From the NCBI GenBank assembly GCA_950097015.1, contig CATNEN010000025.1, positions 8,866,001 to 8,930,000 on the forward strand: DNA of 64,000 nucleotides. The letters are read 5' to 3'. Source of the DNA: Macrostomum hystrix (taxonomy: Eukaryota; Animalia; Platyhelminthes). The notes under the pieces were generated by a model that saw only the letters and a program-made list of their open reading frames with translations, was not told where the DNA came from and ran no database searches. Positions 62,034 to 64,000 of this stretch are shown in pieces. The position numbers and the translations under genes are program-made. The stretch's first letter is position 1. Each line of letters starts with the position of its first letter.

Positions 62034-63950
62034 ATGACTACAAAGCTGAGCTCATTAATCGTTATTTCTCTGCTGCTGATCCGTAAGTGAAGTGGCTTGT
62101 TCGTTGAGGTTACATAATGATATTGATTATTAATTATATTCGCTGATTACACTTGCCCGTTGGAGCTACATGTGCAACACAGCACAGCCGTAGCTATTGC
62201 GCGGCTCATCTGAAGGCAGCATGCAGCTGTTCAGTCCATGGACCGGGGGCCACACCTACCCTCAATTACCAGCTAGTACCCGTTTAACAGCTGGGTGAAC
62301 TGAAGCAATGCTGAGTGAGTTGTCCTGCTAGTGGACACGAATTGTTCCAGCGAAGTCGGAATCGAACCCCCGACCTTCAAGTCGATTAGTTTGAGAAAAC
62401 CACTAGGCTACAAACCCTGATTTCATATAATTTTATTTAAAATGAGTTCTGCTAAAATCTGTGCTACTAATTATTTATTAAACATTTTCAGCTACTGCCA
62501 GGTCTGATGATTGGCACTGCGTGCACGGCGCAACCCACGAAGCGGAAGCCAAAATTGGAGACATAAACGCGATTAGGGTGAGTAGTATGTTGCAAACGGC
62601 CTTTATCGACCAGAAGATAAGAAATCCTTAGAATAAAAGATTCCTATGTACTGAGTACGTAAGCGATGCCTTAAGAATAGCCAAGTAAAGCGAGTTTTAT
62701 TAGCACCCAGTTGGGTCAGATTTGCAGCCAATGACAATGGACAGCGCTTCCAAAGGCTGTGTGCCTGTACGTGGACTGAGGAGGCCGCGACTCCCCTCAA
62801 AAGTTTTTATCCGAGCTAATGCTGGCACTAGTTATATAGATGGCTAAATGTGAAGAAAATGCTTTTTAAACGACTTGCTCAACCTCCAAGACACATTTAG
62901 CTTCTATTCGTGCGGTTCTATCCAGTCAGCTGCAAGGAGCCAGGATAAAATAAAGCTGCGTCTGCTGTTTCAGGTGATGACGTATGTCCGAATTGATCCG
63001 GGCTATAGCAAGAACCTGGAGTGCACGTGGACTCTGAAGGCGATCAACTATGACCAGCCCAGACAGATGTACATTGACGTGCCCGTGGTAGACTTTGACA
63101 ACAATATTGACCCGTTTTGCAACAAAACCGACGTGTTCAGCTTCTGGCATAAGTACAACGAGAGTGAGTGGCTTGGCTTAAGACAAAAGTTTCCTCTAAG
63201 TTTCCTCTCAACCCTCGACAATTCAACACTCCTATCAAGGAGAAATCATTTATAGTAATAATTCAACTAAAACTACGAGTCACAGTAATTTCGTCGGCTT
63301 TCGATGCAAATTAAAACTCTAACGTGGAAGTACAAGCAGGCAATGTGTGGCTTTTTATTAAGGAAAATGTGGTGCTTTCGTTTTGGCTTTACGAGTGTAA
63401 TTTCGTTACTCTATAAATATTGCGAACATCTCTGTTTAATTCTTATTGAGTATTCACAACAGCTGCTATCAGCCGACTGCACACATTTCAGCTGATTCGC
63501 GGCAGGAGTCCTGGTGCAGTGAATCGTCCGTGTCACGCAGTTTCCAATTCTTGCCGTTCAGAAGGCAAATAATCAACTTGTGGGACTCGTGAGTAGCACT
63601 GCAGCTTCTTACTGAGCTCTCTTATGAGAATGCGAGTTGAGACCCTGCTGCCTCACTTACCACTTCACTCTGCAGGTCGTACTACCTGACTGCGCAATTC
63701 CGGTCTGACAATGAGCAAGTCCGCTCCGATGCCAAGGGATTGCAGTTGGATGTGCAGGTGCTGGACCCAGATTATTGCCACCTGAAAATGATGGATCTCG
63801 ATAACTACTGCTACCTGGTCACTCCTGAGAATGTGTCGCTAGCTCAATCCAATCAGGTTGGAAAACTCTTCCTCGGCAACATTTTCACTGTCCGAGGCGC
63901 CTCTTCTGGCCGGGATATCTTAGACTTTCTGCGCAGATTCTCTGAGAGAA
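62034..63950 (+). CDS. Copy C of the CUB/CTL-like protein, exons 1-5 (truncated by the window end)
   Basis: Exons 62034-62082, 62492-62577, 62974-63163, 63492-63588, 63676-63950; frames and GT/AG sites are conserved. Confidence 0.85.
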
Positions 63951-64000
63951 GTACGCATTTCTTTTTTGAATTTCTGATGAGGATATTTTTGCTCAATTGT

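Larger units (their letters stand above)
55517..64000. repeat. Tandem segmental unit C (partial)
   Basis: 55517-62400 is nearly identical to 30191-37080. Confidence 0.97.

Overview
Eukaryotic, most likely invertebrate animal, DNA: AT-rich introns and spacers, GC-rich exons, GT-AG introns, SINEs, LINEs and MITEs. The species cannot be determined from the sequence alone. Bases 1-4135 are the 5' part of an apparently intact LOA-like non-LTR retrotransposon on the minus strand. The rest is a head-to-tail array of ~25.3-26 kb units: A 4136-30190, B 30191-55516, and C 55517 to the window end (partial). Each unit carries one 7-exon gene that I assembled by hand from splice sites, because the ORF track shows only pieces of it. 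It encodes a signal peptide, a CUB-like domain, a divergent C-type-lectin-like domain, a Thr/Pro mucin stalk (35-36 x 45 bp) and a hydrophobic C-terminus. Each unit also holds many transposon remnants (CORE-SINEs, RTE, BEL/Pao, solo LTR, PIF/Harbinger, hAT, Merlin, THAP), orphan host-gene exon fragments (MOV10-like, MED25-like) and several minisatellites. The most striking signal is that the ~24 kb between gene copies is almost identical from unit to unit, while the ~2 kb ectodomain exon block differs in each copy. These differences are almost all amino-acid changes and form a mosaic pattern, which suggests a diversifying cell-surface recognition receptor array. The last exon also has two overlapping hydrophobic C-termini (GPI-like versus type-I transmembrane) one base out of frame. 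All counts are from manual reading and are approximate.
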